Shown here: positions 39,234-48,924 of the stretch, one piece after another
Layout of the letters: each line of letters starts with the position of its first letter
Numbering within the stretch: the stretch's first letter is position 1
Origin: a phage
Assembly: GCA_025823825.1 (NCBI GenBank)
Contig: GCA_025823825.1_4720.1
Length of the DNA: 64,000 nucleotides
Strand: one strand, 5' to 3'
The notes under the pieces: generated by a model
Databases searched by the model: none
Seen by the model: the letters and a program-made list of their open reading frames with translations, nothing else
What the model was told of the DNA's origin: nothing
Program-made: the position numbers and the translations under genes

Positions 39234-40574
39234 TTAACCTTTGGTATAAGCGTTAACGAGAGTATTGATAAATGAAGTCAGTGCGCGAAGATATTGGTAA
39301 GCGAATTGGTTTTCAATGCGGTTCTCTTTACCACAAAGCAGAATCGCGCGCTTAACGAGCTTAGGATAGATCTCGACATACGGTTGGTAGCTTGCGTCAA
39401 AATTCTGCTCGTTGAAGCGTTTCATGGTGATTTCCTGGATACGCTCCATGGTGCGAATTTTATTGCGAGAGAATATCTCAGAGAAAGCACGTCCGCGTTT
39501 TGTTACCATCAACAAATCTTTCGCGAACGTAAGTTGTCGAACGCTACGCAAATCGTCAGGTGTTGGTAGGACGTACGTTTCTGGATCGTTATCCCATTCA
39601 ACATCTTCAACGACAATATCCAAGTCGAGGTAACGTTTAACAGCATCGATGATATTGTCTTTTGACGCATCGAATTCTTTCAAGAAGACTGCACCGTTGA
39701 CGTAGCGGATGCGTTTCCCGGAAACCGTTGGGGTGATAACATCAGCACCTTCCACGGAACCGCGATTTTCCAGTGTCGATTTGACAGCGTGCAAGAAAGA
39801 CAGATAATCAACAGGAAGTTTTTCAACCTTATCTAAATGGAAGTCGATGATGTTTAACCCTAAACCATCAATAACTGAATAACCGTCCGATTTAAGGAAC
39901 ATCTGATTGAAGGTATCAATGTTGCTTTTCAGCGCGTCTACACCACCAACGTTGTTACGGTTAGGGAAAAGCGTCCGCCACTCCGCTTTAAACGCAACTT
40001 CTTTATTTTCCTCGTATTTGCCTTTGGGCATCTGTTCGAGGGCTGCAACGGCTTTCTGAAAATTACGTGTCTCGTCGTAAACAAGACGGGTAAGCTTCTC
40101 GAAAGCTGCTGCCAGTGTCAGGGCAATATCAACAATGATATCCCAGATCTTTTTCATGGCTTTTACAACGGTGTCCTTAAACCCTTCAACAACCAAAGCT
40201 TCTCCAACTTCAACACGATCGGTTGGAGCTAACAATGTTTCAGAGGGTAGACCCAAAGCAATCGATGCGGATTCTTGAACGTTACGAACCAATGCAACGT
40301 CGCTGTAATTAGCCGATTCGATAGTCGGGGCAACATCAAAACTGATTTCCCGTAATGCTTCAACAGCAGGGAAAGCACGATCAAGTGCATCTTCATGTTC
40401 GTCGATTGTTGCCAAACGTAATTCAACACCGTCCGCGTCGATGACCTCAGCTGTCGGTTCCGCAGCAAGCGCCTCAGCAACAATAGGATATTTTTCAAAC
40501 GCCTCAAGGCTGATATCGCCTTGCGACCCAAATAGCGGTATGTGTACCATGTGTTGTCTCCAGTAATGATTCAA
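39234..40574 (-). CDS. virion/head-type protein, paralog family D (~438 aa)
   Basis: ORF; track start is TTG, likely ATG near 40550 (MVHIPLFG...) with ggag RBS; SDVALVRNVQESASIALGL...VEVGEALVVEGFKDTVVKAMKKIW. Confidence 0.75.
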   Translation of the reverse strand: MNHYWRQHMVHIPLFGSQGDISLEAFEKYPIVAEALAAEPTAEVIDADGVELRLATIDEHEDALDRAFPAVEALREISFDVAPTIESANYSDVALVRNVQESASIALGLPSETLLAPTDRVEVGEALVVEGFKDTVVKAMKKIWDIIVDIALTLAAAFEKLTRLVYDETRNFQKAVAALEQMPKGKYEENKEVAFKAEWRTLFPNRNNVGGVDALKSNIDTFNQMFLKSDGYSVIDGLGLNIIDFHLDKVEKLPVDYLSFLHAVKSTLENRGSVEGADVITPTVSGKRIRYVNGAVFLKEFDASKDNIIDAVKRYLDLDIVVEDVEWDNDPETYVLPTPDDLRSVRQLTFAKDLLMVTKRGRAFSEIFSRNKIRTMERIQEITMKRFNEQNFDASYQPYVEIYPKLVKRAILLCGKENRIENQFAYQYLRALTSFINTLVNAYTKG

Positions 40575-40591
40575 AAGATAAACCTGAGCGG

Positions 40592-40636
40592 CATAGAACC
40601 CTCTCCCAACCCGTGAGGGAAGGGAGAGGGAATATG
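40592..40636. terminator. hairpin element, copy 8 (tandem minus-strand genes)
   Basis: cata-gaaCCCTCTCCC-aaccc-gtga-gggaa-GGGAGAGGG-aatatg. Confidence 0.6.
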
Positions 40637-40652
40637 TCAGTTTATTAACTGA

Positions 40653-41984
40653 TTATTTCTGTTCTGCGTCAGCCGGTTTCTCAGCCGTCTGGCCGCCGTA
40701 CTCTTTCAGCATTTTAGCAACGCCATCCAGAACAGCATTACCTGCCTGAACACCGTACTTCATCAGGCTAACCTGCGGGTTGATGTAGCAAGAACGTGCG
40801 TCTTTCAGTGCAGACAGCACGGTTTTAACACGCTGTTTTTCCTGAGCAGAAACTTCGCCTTTCTTAGACAGTTCAGCTTCCATATCGTCGCCGAATTTAA
40901 CGGCGTCTTTGAAGCCCTGGGATTTCTTACCGATGTTACCTTTCGCAGCCAGCAGTTTATCAGCCAGTGCTTCAACACTGTTGATCACCGCAGCCAACTG
41001 GTTCGGGGACAGTACATCAGCTTCCTGTTCCATCGCGGTGATTGCGTTATTACCGCGTTCCCAGGTAACTTTACCGTCGGTGGTTTTGAATCCCCAACCG
41101 TTCGGACCTTTCACATCAGCGATCGCAGGTGCGTTCAGTTTGTCGGTGTACTCAGTATGTGATTTAGACTTAACGAGTTCAACGAATTTATCCGCACGAT
41201 CGTCAGCCGCCTTCATTGCTTTCTCGAAGGTATCTGCGATTTTGCTTGATGCGCCAGCGATATCGGTATCGCCAATGTAACCGGTAACAGTGGTGCCCAG
41301 TTTAACTTTCGCGTTCTTCGGAGAGCCTTTACGTTTGGCGATCATTTCTTTCAGTTTAGCCGCACGCGCTTTCAGTTTGGTTGCACCGTCGAAGATACGA
41401 TCGATGAACTTCACGAAGTTGTCCCAGGTGGATTTCAGGAAGTTCTTAATTGCGGTCCACAGTTTCTGCCACCATTTTTGTTCTTCCAGGAAGATCATGT
41501 TGGTTGCATCGTAACGGGAAGCGGAACCGCCGAAGCTTTCGAAGGACGGCATGGTTTCCGGCAGTTTGAAACCGATAGTACCACACAGACGTTTCAGATT
41601 ACGCATGTGTTCCTGAGCGGTTTGTGCAGACATACCGCCGTCTTTCAGGTAGCTTTCGGTCGCAACAACGGTTTCCGTCAGTTCATCCATGGCTTCGTCC
41701 ATGGCTTCTGCGGTTTCGTCGTCTTTTGCAATTTCGATAACAACGGCATCAACCTGCTCGATATCACCACGAACTTCGATAGCCAGTTCGGTTTCAGCTG
41801 CGGTATCTTCAGCAATTTCAGCACGTTCGGTCAGTTCAGCGACAACGGTTTCATCCGCTGCTGCAGCATCAGCTGCCGGTTCTGCTTCAACGGTTGCCGC
41901 TGCATCCGGATCGATTTCAGCAGCAAGTTGAACCAGCTGTGCGTTAGATGGATTTGCGACAAGACGATCAAAAATAGAAGGCAT
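40653..41984 (-). CDS. abundant virion/head-type protein, paralog family D (443 aa), A/E-rich acidic N-terminal region
   Basis: ORF with host-optimal codon bias like the 18116-20338 gene; N-terminal propeptide-like region with many A-x-E motifs. Confidence 0.8.
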   Translation of the reverse strand: MPSIFDRLVANPSNAQLVQLAAEIDPDAAATVEAEPAADAAAADETVVAELTERAEIAEDTAAETELAIEVRGDIEQVDAVVIEIAKDDETAEAMDEAMDELTETVVATESYLKDGGMSAQTAQEHMRNLKRLCGTIGFKLPETMPSFESFGGSASRYDATNMIFLEEQKWWQKLWTAIKNFLKSTWDNFVKFIDRIFDGATKLKARAAKLKEMIAKRKGSPKNAKVKLGTTVTGYIGDTDIAGASSKIADTFEKAMKAADDRADKFVELVKSKSHTEYTDKLNAPAIADVKGPNGWGFKTTDGKVTWERGNNAITAMEQEADVLSPNQLAAVINSVEALADKLLAAKGNIGKKSQGFKDAVKFGDDMEAELSKKGEVSAQEKQRVKTVLSALKDARSCYINPQVSLMKYGVQAGNAVLDGVAKMLKEYGGQTAEKPADAEQK

Positions 41985-42049
41985 AATTTTGTTTCCTTTA
42001 CAATAAATTGCACATTAGCTAATGCGGCTTAAGTGAACCGTCAGTTCAC

Positions 42050-42712
42050 TTAAAAGCCCTTAAAACCCGGTGCCATAGGTTGCCCAAACACCGCATTCAA
42101 AGTACATATGATGTCCTGGATACCATTGTCCCAATGGAGCCAAGTACGCACCATCTCTTCGTCTGACAACGCGATATAACTCATAAGTTTACCGCTGCTT
42201 TCCAGACGTTGGTGTGAACTTAACGATTGACGATCTGACCAGTTATCAATCAGTTGTCCAGCAATCTGAACGTTTGTGTCTCGTCTACCCGTGTGAATGA
42301 ATCGTAGCGTATCACGGATAAACTCCAGACTGGTGAAGTTCAGATTTGGGTTATGGCTGTTCATTTCCACCCAATCGGTGATGGGGTACATCAAACGATA
42401 AAGGGTAGAAAGAACCTGACGCTCATATTTCCAATCATCGAGAGGAGTACCGTCGACCAAACGCTGATACAAACTAACAACGTCACGATCGTAGTTCTCC
42501 TGGCGTTTTACGCCGTTAACCGGAAATCCAAAGAACCCGGTACCGTATAACGTTAAAGGGACGTCACGAAGTGCACTCATACAGCCGCCTCTTCTTTTCG
42601 TTTGATGTCGTAACGAAGTTTCTTCAGCCTGTCTTCGTGATATTCGATCTGCTGCTGGATTTTTGGATCGTTGCCCGCATTCTGTTGCTTTTGCTTCAGT
42701 GACAAAATCCAA
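42050..42712 (-). CDS. hypothetical protein (~175-220 aa)
   Basis: ORF; track start overlaps upstream gene, probable start at internal Met near 42580. Confidence 0.6.
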   Translation of the reverse strand: MDFVTEAKATECGQRSKNPAADRISRRQAEETSLRHQTKRRGGCMSALRDVPLTLYGTGFFGFPVNGVKRQENYDRDVVSLYQRLVDGTPLDDWKYERQVLSTLYRLMYPITDWVEMNSHNPNLNFTSLEFIRDTLRFIHTGRRDTNVQIAGQLIDNWSDRQSLSSHQRLESSGKLMSYIALSDEEMVRTWLHWDNGIQDIICTLNAVFGQPMAPGFKGF

Positions 42713-43479
42713 TACTCCAGCGCTTGGGCTTCTTCTTTGGCTGCTTGTAATGATGCTTCTTCACGTTCGCTGCGCCAGATACGGAAACGGTAAACAAGCG
42801 TGTCGGTTACATCGCCGTTAGCCCACGAACCCATACGCATCGGGTCAGTATTACCCGCATTGTACAATCCGTTACCAACACCGTCTTCATCAGAAACCAC
42901 GACATCCGGGATTTTATCCAATCCAGCAAGGATCTGTTGTTTCTGTCCACATAGCACCTCGGTGGCAACGGCGAAACCGTACATATTGGCGGTCAGGTAA
43001 GCAATCTCGTTTTTGGTGAAGAACTCACCAAGTGCTTTATCACCACCCGGCATGCTTTCGCAGATGACCGTCGCACGAAGCAGCGTACGAGCGTAGCTAA
43101 CGTAGAAGCCCAGAGACTCAACAAGACGTACCAGAGCGGCTTCTTTGAAACTCAGACCGTCAGCAGCAACATCGATTTCCAGGTTTTTGTTAACGCGTTT
43201 AACAATTTCTGGAATCAGATCAACAGCATTACGTAGCGCTAAGTGAACGTTTTCTACCCAGCTTCCAGAGCGAACGCGGGTTAAACGCTGGTGCAGATCC
43301 TTATCAGCAAGTTTCCATAGGGCGCTTTCACCCTTTTGGAGAAGCGAAGCGGATGTCTCGTAGTAAGGAATCGCGGTGTTGTTGATTTCGTCACGGATTG
43401 ATTCGAGTGCGTCAGCAACACCTGTGCGTTTAAAAAGCGGCTTCAAACCGCGAATGAATTCTTTAAAATCAATTGCCAT
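42577..43479 (-). CDS. hypothetical protein (300 aa)
   Basis: ORF, ATG start. Confidence 0.7.
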   Translation of the reverse strand: MAIDFKEFIRGLKPLFKRTGVADALESIRDEINNTAIPYYETSASLLQKGESALWKLADKDLHQRLTRVRSGSWVENVHLALRNAVDLIPEIVKRVNKNLEIDVAADGLSFKEAALVRLVESLGFYVSYARTLLRATVICESMPGGDKALGEFFTKNEIAYLTANMYGFAVATEVLCGQKQQILAGLDKIPDVVVSDEDGVGNGLYNAGNTDPMRMGSWANGDVTDTLVYRFRIWRSEREEASLQAAKEEAQALEYWILSLKQKQQNAGNDPKIQQQIEYHEDRLKKLRYDIKRKEEAAV

Positions 43480-43518
43480 GAGTGAGCACCTATGCTATTT
43501 CGAAACAGGTTGCGAGTG

Positions 43519-44625
43519 TTAACGAATCTGTGGGACGTTTCCGGTACGGAGCGCCTGGAGGATCGTCAGGAGATCGGAACCCGAGGTTGACGAACTGTTG
43601 GATTTTTCCAGTTGCTTGAAGCTTACGGTGGTCCCTTGATCCAAGCTGTGGAAATAGAAGGTCACCATCTCTTCAGCTTCGTCGATGATGATCAACTGCA
43701 TTGCGAGGGCTTCAGCCATGACTTTCTGACGTGTGTTATAGTCAGATAAACGACGTCCGATCTTACGCTCGATGGCTTCCTGGTTAGCCTTAGAGATGAT
43801 ATAGGTGGAGGCGATTGCTCCAGAAGAAGGGATCTTTGTGCTCGCTGCAGCTTTTGCGGCATTGATGCGCGCAGCATTAACAGCCTTGCGGATACCCTCT
43901 TTATCCATACGTGAGATTCGTTTATGCTCACGAACCAGATCGCTAAGCAGGATCATATCGCTCCAGAAAGACAGCTCACCAGCCATCATGCGATGCCAAC
44001 GTGCTCGCCAGGTGTTCTGTGGGCCACCGATCGCTAAAATCGCTGCAAGCACTTCCGCCGGTGAACTCGCGATACGCATGCTGATGTTCAATGGCATTTT
44101 CATCGTTGCCTGACCATCGGTCAGCGTCACGGTTAAGAACTTGCCGGTGACCGCGTTCGCATCTTTGTTCAGCAATTCGATCGCTGCGTCGCTGGCTCCA
44201 ACATCGGTGCTATTTTTTTGTTTCCCCAGCAGGTTGAATCCTTTGTCATCAAGGAAAACAAGGCTTTTGCTATCCGCACTTTCCAGTGCTAATTTGACAG
44301 CCTTATCCATCAGATTAGCGTTACGATTTGGGTTCACACGACCCAGCGTTTTATCGACACTGATATTACCCACCTGCATGATGGTGTTCAACGCCAGTAA
44401 ATAGAACCCGGTATACATGTTTTCAGCGGTGCGCATGCAGTTGCCTAACGCATTGCGTGCGTCGCTATAATACAACTCACGTTCAAAGATCAGCGGTGCG
44501 ATAACGCGTGAAGGTTGTGAGAGTTCAACCAGCGAACCTGGCTGGATAAGTTTATTAACTTCGTAGACTTTAGCGATACCGGACGCAACAACGTTAACAG
44601 CGTCGGCAATTTCTGATGCTACCAT
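43519..44625 (-). CDS. hypothetical virion-type protein (368 aa)
   Basis: ORF, ATG start; divergent from the plus-strand gene pair at 44660. Confidence 0.7.
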   Translation of the reverse strand: MVASEIADAVNVVASGIAKVYEVNKLIQPGSLVELSQPSRVIAPLIFERELYYSDARNALGNCMRTAENMYTGFYLLALNTIMQVGNISVDKTLGRVNPNRNANLMDKAVKLALESADSKSLVFLDDKGFNLLGKQKNSTDVGASDAAIELLNKDANAVTGKFLTVTLTDGQATMKMPLNISMRIASSPAEVLAAILAIGGPQNTWRARWHRMMAGELSFWSDMILLSDLVREHKRISRMDKEGIRKAVNAARINAAKAAASTKIPSSGAIASTYIISKANQEAIERKIGRRLSDYNTRQKVMAEALAMQLIIIDEAEEMVTFYFHSLDQGTTVSFKQLEKSNSSSTSGSDLLTILQALRTGNVPQIR

Positions 44626-44626
44626 A

Positions 44627-45865
44627 TTGAAATCCTTATTTACAAATAAAGGAAAGAAAATGTCTAATTACTACGACCAAGCTATTCAAACCATTCAGGA
44701 GAATAATGCGTCGTTAACACCCGAAGCTGTGGAGGCAGCGGGCAATGCGGTGTTATTCACTGATTCGGATTGGGCAATAGCGCGGAAGAATATTCGTACC
44801 AGTGTCGGTCAAGGGACATACGAGGACAGTATCGCCAGACGGTATCGGAATGTGTCACCTATTCCAGGGAACAGCCCGATTCCGATTAACCGCGATCATG
44901 CCGGTATTACCTTCTTTACACGACCTAATTTACATCTTACCGACGCGAACTTAAAACGAGATCGACGTTTGTGGTCGTTACGCACGGATAACCCTAACAG
45001 TATTCAGGCTGTTGTCCGCGACTACTTGGACCCTGTGGGTGCCAGAAAGCGGAACCATCGAGGACGTGCCATCGTCGATGAGCGCAATCCATTCATAAGT
45101 ATACTGACGGACAACCTGACGGATATCAGCGGTTTCAATGACATGGAAATGCAGGTCTATCAGGGCAAACCGGGATTACGCCAAGAAACCGTTGTGATGG
45201 CTGACGGTTCAGTGGATATGTTTCAACCCTATAACCTGAACGCGACGTTCAAGAACATCATGGGTAACCCCATCATGTTCCTTCATTATATTTGGTTGAT
45301 TTACATCGCTGGTGTGCATAATGGCGAACTGACGCCAAGCCCTCAGGCCATCATTGATAATGAGATGGATTACTGGACAAGATGTTATCGTATCATCTTG
45401 GATCCGACTGGGATGTATGTTCGTTATATCTTCGCACCGACCGCGATGTTTCCTGTCGGACTACCGATTGGTAATATGGCCAACTACAGCATCGATAAAC
45501 CCTTCACGCAAGATAACGAACGTATCACTATTCCATACCAAGCGGTTGGTAACAACGCATTTGATGAGATTCTGAAGGATGAATTCAATCGACTTGTCCT
45601 GATGTTCTATTACGGTGAGAACGATACCCGTACGTTCCTTGAAGATGAGGAGTTGGTACCTATCTCACCCTACGAGCGTCGAATCATGTCGTATCGTGTC
45701 GATATGTATCCATTTATTCATCCGTTGACCTCAGAGCTTCTTTGGTTCGTACCCGCTGATGATTACAACGAATTCTATCTGGATCTTGAGCCGTCGGCGT
45801 TACCACCGGATACGTTCAGTCGCGATCTTGTCCGTACCACCATTCCGCAAAATTACGAGGGATAA
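44627..45865 (+). CDS. hypothetical protein (~400 aa)
   Basis: ORF; probable start ATG at 44660 (MSNYYDQ...) with aaaggaaag RBS. Confidence 0.7.
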   Translation: MKSLFTNKGKKMSNYYDQAIQTIQENNASLTPEAVEAAGNAVLFTDSDWAIARKNIRTSVGQGTYEDSIARRYRNVSPIPGNSPIPINRDHAGITFFTRPNLHLTDANLKRDRRLWSLRTDNPNSIQAVVRDYLDPVGARKRNHRGRAIVDERNPFISILTDNLTDISGFNDMEMQVYQGKPGLRQETVVMADGSVDMFQPYNLNATFKNIMGNPIMFLHYIWLIYIAGVHNGELTPSPQAIIDNEMDYWTRCYRIILDPTGMYVRYIFAPTAMFPVGLPIGNMANYSIDKPFTQDNERITIPYQAVGNNAFDEILKDEFNRLVLMFYYGENDTRTFLEDEELVPISPYERRIMSYRVDMYPFIHPLTSELLWFVPADDYNEFYLDLEPSALPPDTFSRDLVRTTIPQNYEG

Positions 45866-45868
45866 TAA

Positions 45869-48862
45869 ATGAGCGTAACCAACAAAGATCTTGCTGAACA
45901 GCTCAATCGCTATATGCTTTCACCTATTGAAATGCAGGCTGTTGCAAGCGATATGATCCGTTTGGCTTCTGATGGTGAATTAACCCTGGTTGATCCCAGC
46001 TGTCCGTTTGTTTATCTGCTGGAGGTTGCAACGGCGACGGCGGCGAACCAGAACGCGCGGGATGAGTCCCGTGTTCGCGAACTGTATCCAAAACTTGCGA
46101 CCAACTGGAGCCAGCTTTATCGTTGGATGTATGATGAGTCGTACGTTGGACGTTTCGCAATGCCGGGTAAAACGGAAATCATCTATTCGTTAGGGTATCA
46201 GGAAATCCTCGATCGTGCTGTAGAGATTCCCAACACCATCGCCTCCGATGATTTAAGCCGTTCTTACAGCCGTAAGTTAGTGATACCACGTACGACGGCG
46301 TTTACGGTGGCTGGGATGGATTTCGGGTTGCATTATCCCATCGAAATCCAAGTACAAGCGCACGACCAGATACGTGTCGTTTATAACACTGATAACATCA
46401 GCCCATTGCAAACCTTGGAGAGTAACCAAGTTGAGTATGGGGTTGTTCGTGTAAAAGCGGGTAAAGTGTTGGTGATGCGTATCCCGCTGTTCCAGTTTAA
46501 AACGCTGGTAAAAGATGTGCCGTTTAACAGCGTTCACGGGATGAACAGCAGCATTACCTTCGAAGATCAGTTTTACCATTGTCGTGCGTACATGTCGTCG
46601 GATAACGATACCTGGACGGAGATAGCGACAACACACAGTCAGCAGATCTACGATCCGTTAACACCAACTATCGCGTTACAAGTAGAAGGGAACAAACTTA
46701 ACTGGCGTGTTCCTGAAATTTATTTGTCTCAAGGTACGATGGATAAAAGCACCATTCGACTTGAGGTGTTGACGACGAAAGGGAAAATCAGCGTCGACCC
46801 GTCTGATTACGACGTGACCGATTGGAAAGATAACTACATCGATTTGTCACCAAAAGCTGAACAGAAATACAGTGCGCCGCTAAGTGCGTTCAACATTAAA
46901 GGGATTTATAGCGAAGGGGCATTGTCGGGTGGGCGATCTGCGTTAACGTTCGAGGAACAACGTGAACGTGTTATGGCGGGCGTGAACAAAACCAAGGTAC
47001 CGATCACGGGAACGCAGGTAGAGCTGGTGCTTCAAGATGCGGGCTATGGGATGGTGACCACCATCGACAACGTAACCAATCGTTCGTTCCTGGCAACCCG
47101 AGATTTACCGCAATTGAGCGACAGCGTGCCGCAAGCCGGTTCGTTGATGGGGTCTTTCTATACGTCAGCTGCAGCATTGGTGAAAAGTAAGTTTGTCGCT
47201 GATAACGGCGATCGTATTACGATTAAACCTGACTGCCTGTATCGTGACAGTAACGGAAGTATCACACTGTTGTCAGACGATGAAATTGACCGTATTAATG
47301 CAGGCAACTCCGATGCGAAGTTGAACGCGGTAAACAACGCCATGTTGTTTTACAGTCCGTTTCATTACGTATTAGACGCAACAAGCGATTTCGACATACA
47401 TGCTTATTACCTGGATGCCCCTAAGATCGGCACGCAAGCATTCCTCGACGCGAACGAGACAATCCCGTTAACCGCTATGGTGACCGGATACCGTCTGGAT
47501 CGTATCGCCGAAGGATATCGTCTAAGCCTCATTGTAGAAGGTAACGACGCATGGAAAGCGCTCGACGATAAAAACGTGCACATCCAGCTGGGGTTCAATC
47601 CGCGTGGTGAGGGTGATTACGCAACGATGTTAGCATCGCCTACAACCGATGAACAAGGTCGTCGTTTGTTCACTTTCGATATCACCACGAATTATGATTT
47701 TACACGAATCCTGGCCGATGATTCCACGGCGTATGAACCATATATCGCATTGACTTCGTTCTCGATGTATGAATCGACACCGCGGGATTATTGGGCATCA
47801 CTGCAGCAGTATTTGGAAATATTCCATGTGGTGACGGATTACGCGCCGGAAGATGTCGACGGTATCTTACACAGCGCTTCCGATAATTACCTGGTTAAGA
47901 AACTCACGCTTCAAAATGGGTATTGTTTCTACCGTGAACGTCTCACCGCAACCTTTGGTTATGATCTGGATGGTCTTTGGATGCGCTCACGTACGGTGGC
48001 CTCGGAGATTACGTATAAACGTTACACCGAGAACATTCCGTGGGTGTATGATGAAGATATCCCAGCGACGGATGAGACCGGTTCTGTTATCATCGAGCAG
48101 GGTGACGATGGTACGTTGTCGGTTAAATATCTGCATCGTAAAGGTGACCCGAAATTAAACAGTGATGGAAGCCAAGCCTATCGTTACTTGAAAGGCGACA
48201 TCATGAAAGATAATTACGGTAATCCGATCCCCGTCGATGAACGTGAGGTTCTGCGTAACCTGGACATGTTCTTTATTGATGCGTCGTATCTGTTAGCGAA
48301 CGATACAGACGTGATTGAGTATCGTAACGCGATTCCTACGCAGCTTATCGAATGGATCCAGAACGATATCGACACGTTCAGGAATTTCTGTTACGAAGAA
48401 ACAGAGATTTCATTGTATCCTAAGCAATCGCTGGGGTATGTGGATGTTATTGTGGAAAACGGATTGGAAACGACGCTTCCTGCCGCCCTCTCGTTCAACG
48501 TGACACTGTACTTACCAGCTAAGCAATACGCTGACCTGGATTTACGTCAAGTCCTTCAAGCGATGGTATCGAAAGTCATCAATGAATGCTTGACATCCCG
48601 TACAGTAGCTAAAGCAGAAATGATCGCGATGATTCGTGAGGAAGGAGGTGACGACATCCTGAACGTTGAAATCGATGATTTTGGACCAGGTAAGAACCTC
48701 AGTGTTTATACCGCGAAGAACGACGGTGTTCGTTGTGCGGTGAAGAAAGAGCTTTATGTGAAAGCGGATGGTATCTTGTCCGTACGTGAAGCGATCGATG
48801 TAAGTTTTGTGAAACATGCACAAAGCAACAGCACAGCGTTAGCGCAAGGCCTTCGTGTTTAA
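45869..48862 (+). CDS. large hypothetical virion-type protein (997 aa)
   Basis: Long ORF starting 4 nt after the previous stop; ends at a hairpin element. Confidence 0.8.
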   Translation: MSVTNKDLAEQLNRYMLSPIEMQAVASDMIRLASDGELTLVDPSCPFVYLLEVATATAANQNARDESRVRELYPKLATNWSQLYRWMYDESYVGRFAMPGKTEIIYSLGYQEILDRAVEIPNTIASDDLSRSYSRKLVIPRTTAFTVAGMDFGLHYPIEIQVQAHDQIRVVYNTDNISPLQTLESNQVEYGVVRVKAGKVLVMRIPLFQFKTLVKDVPFNSVHGMNSSITFEDQFYHCRAYMSSDNDTWTEIATTHSQQIYDPLTPTIALQVEGNKLNWRVPEIYLSQGTMDKSTIRLEVLTTKGKISVDPSDYDVTDWKDNYIDLSPKAEQKYSAPLSAFNIKGIYSEGALSGGRSALTFEEQRERVMAGVNKTKVPITGTQVELVLQDAGYGMVTTIDNVTNRSFLATRDLPQLSDSVPQAGSLMGSFYTSAAALVKSKFVADNGDRITIKPDCLYRDSNGSITLLSDDEIDRINAGNSDAKLNAVNNAMLFYSPFHYVLDATSDFDIHAYYLDAPKIGTQAFLDANETIPLTAMVTGYRLDRIAEGYRLSLIVEGNDAWKALDDKNVHIQLGFNPRGEGDYATMLASPTTDEQGRRLFTFDITTNYDFTRILADDSTAYEPYIALTSFSMYESTPRDYWASLQQYLEIFHVVTDYAPEDVDGILHSASDNYLVKKLTLQNGYCFYRERLTATFGYDLDGLWMRSRTVASEITYKRYTENIPWVYDEDIPATDETGSVIIEQGDDGTLSVKYLHRKGDPKLNSDGSQAYRYLKGDIMKDNYGNPIPVDEREVLRNLDMFFIDASYLLANDTDVIEYRNAIPTQLIEWIQNDIDTFRNFCYEETEISLYPKQSLGYVDVIVENGLETTLPAALSFNVTLYLPAKQYADLDLRQVLQAMVSKVINECLTSRTVAKAEMIAMIREEGGDDILNVEIDDFGPGKNLSVYTAKNDGVRCAVKKELYVKADGILSVREAIDVSFVKHAQSNSTALAQGLRV

Positions 48863-48878
48863 AACAAAATAGCGTGAG

Positions 48879-48921
48879 CATAACCCTCCTCCAACCCGTA
48901 AGGGAAGGAGGAGGGAATATG
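48879..48921. terminator. hairpin element, copy 9 (convergent)
   Basis: cata-aCCCTCCTCC-aaccc-gtaa-gggaa-GGAGGAGGG-aatatg; right flank aatatgctgttat identical to copy 1. Confidence 0.6.
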
Positions 48922-48924
48922 CTG

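Noticed and set aside
39234-40574. ORF-track start codons taken at face value
   Set aside because: The track translates TTG/GTG as Met (40572-40574 is TTG; 21064 is GTG), and several track starts overlap the neighbouring gene; internal ATG starts with Shine-Dalgarno sequences are more plausible.
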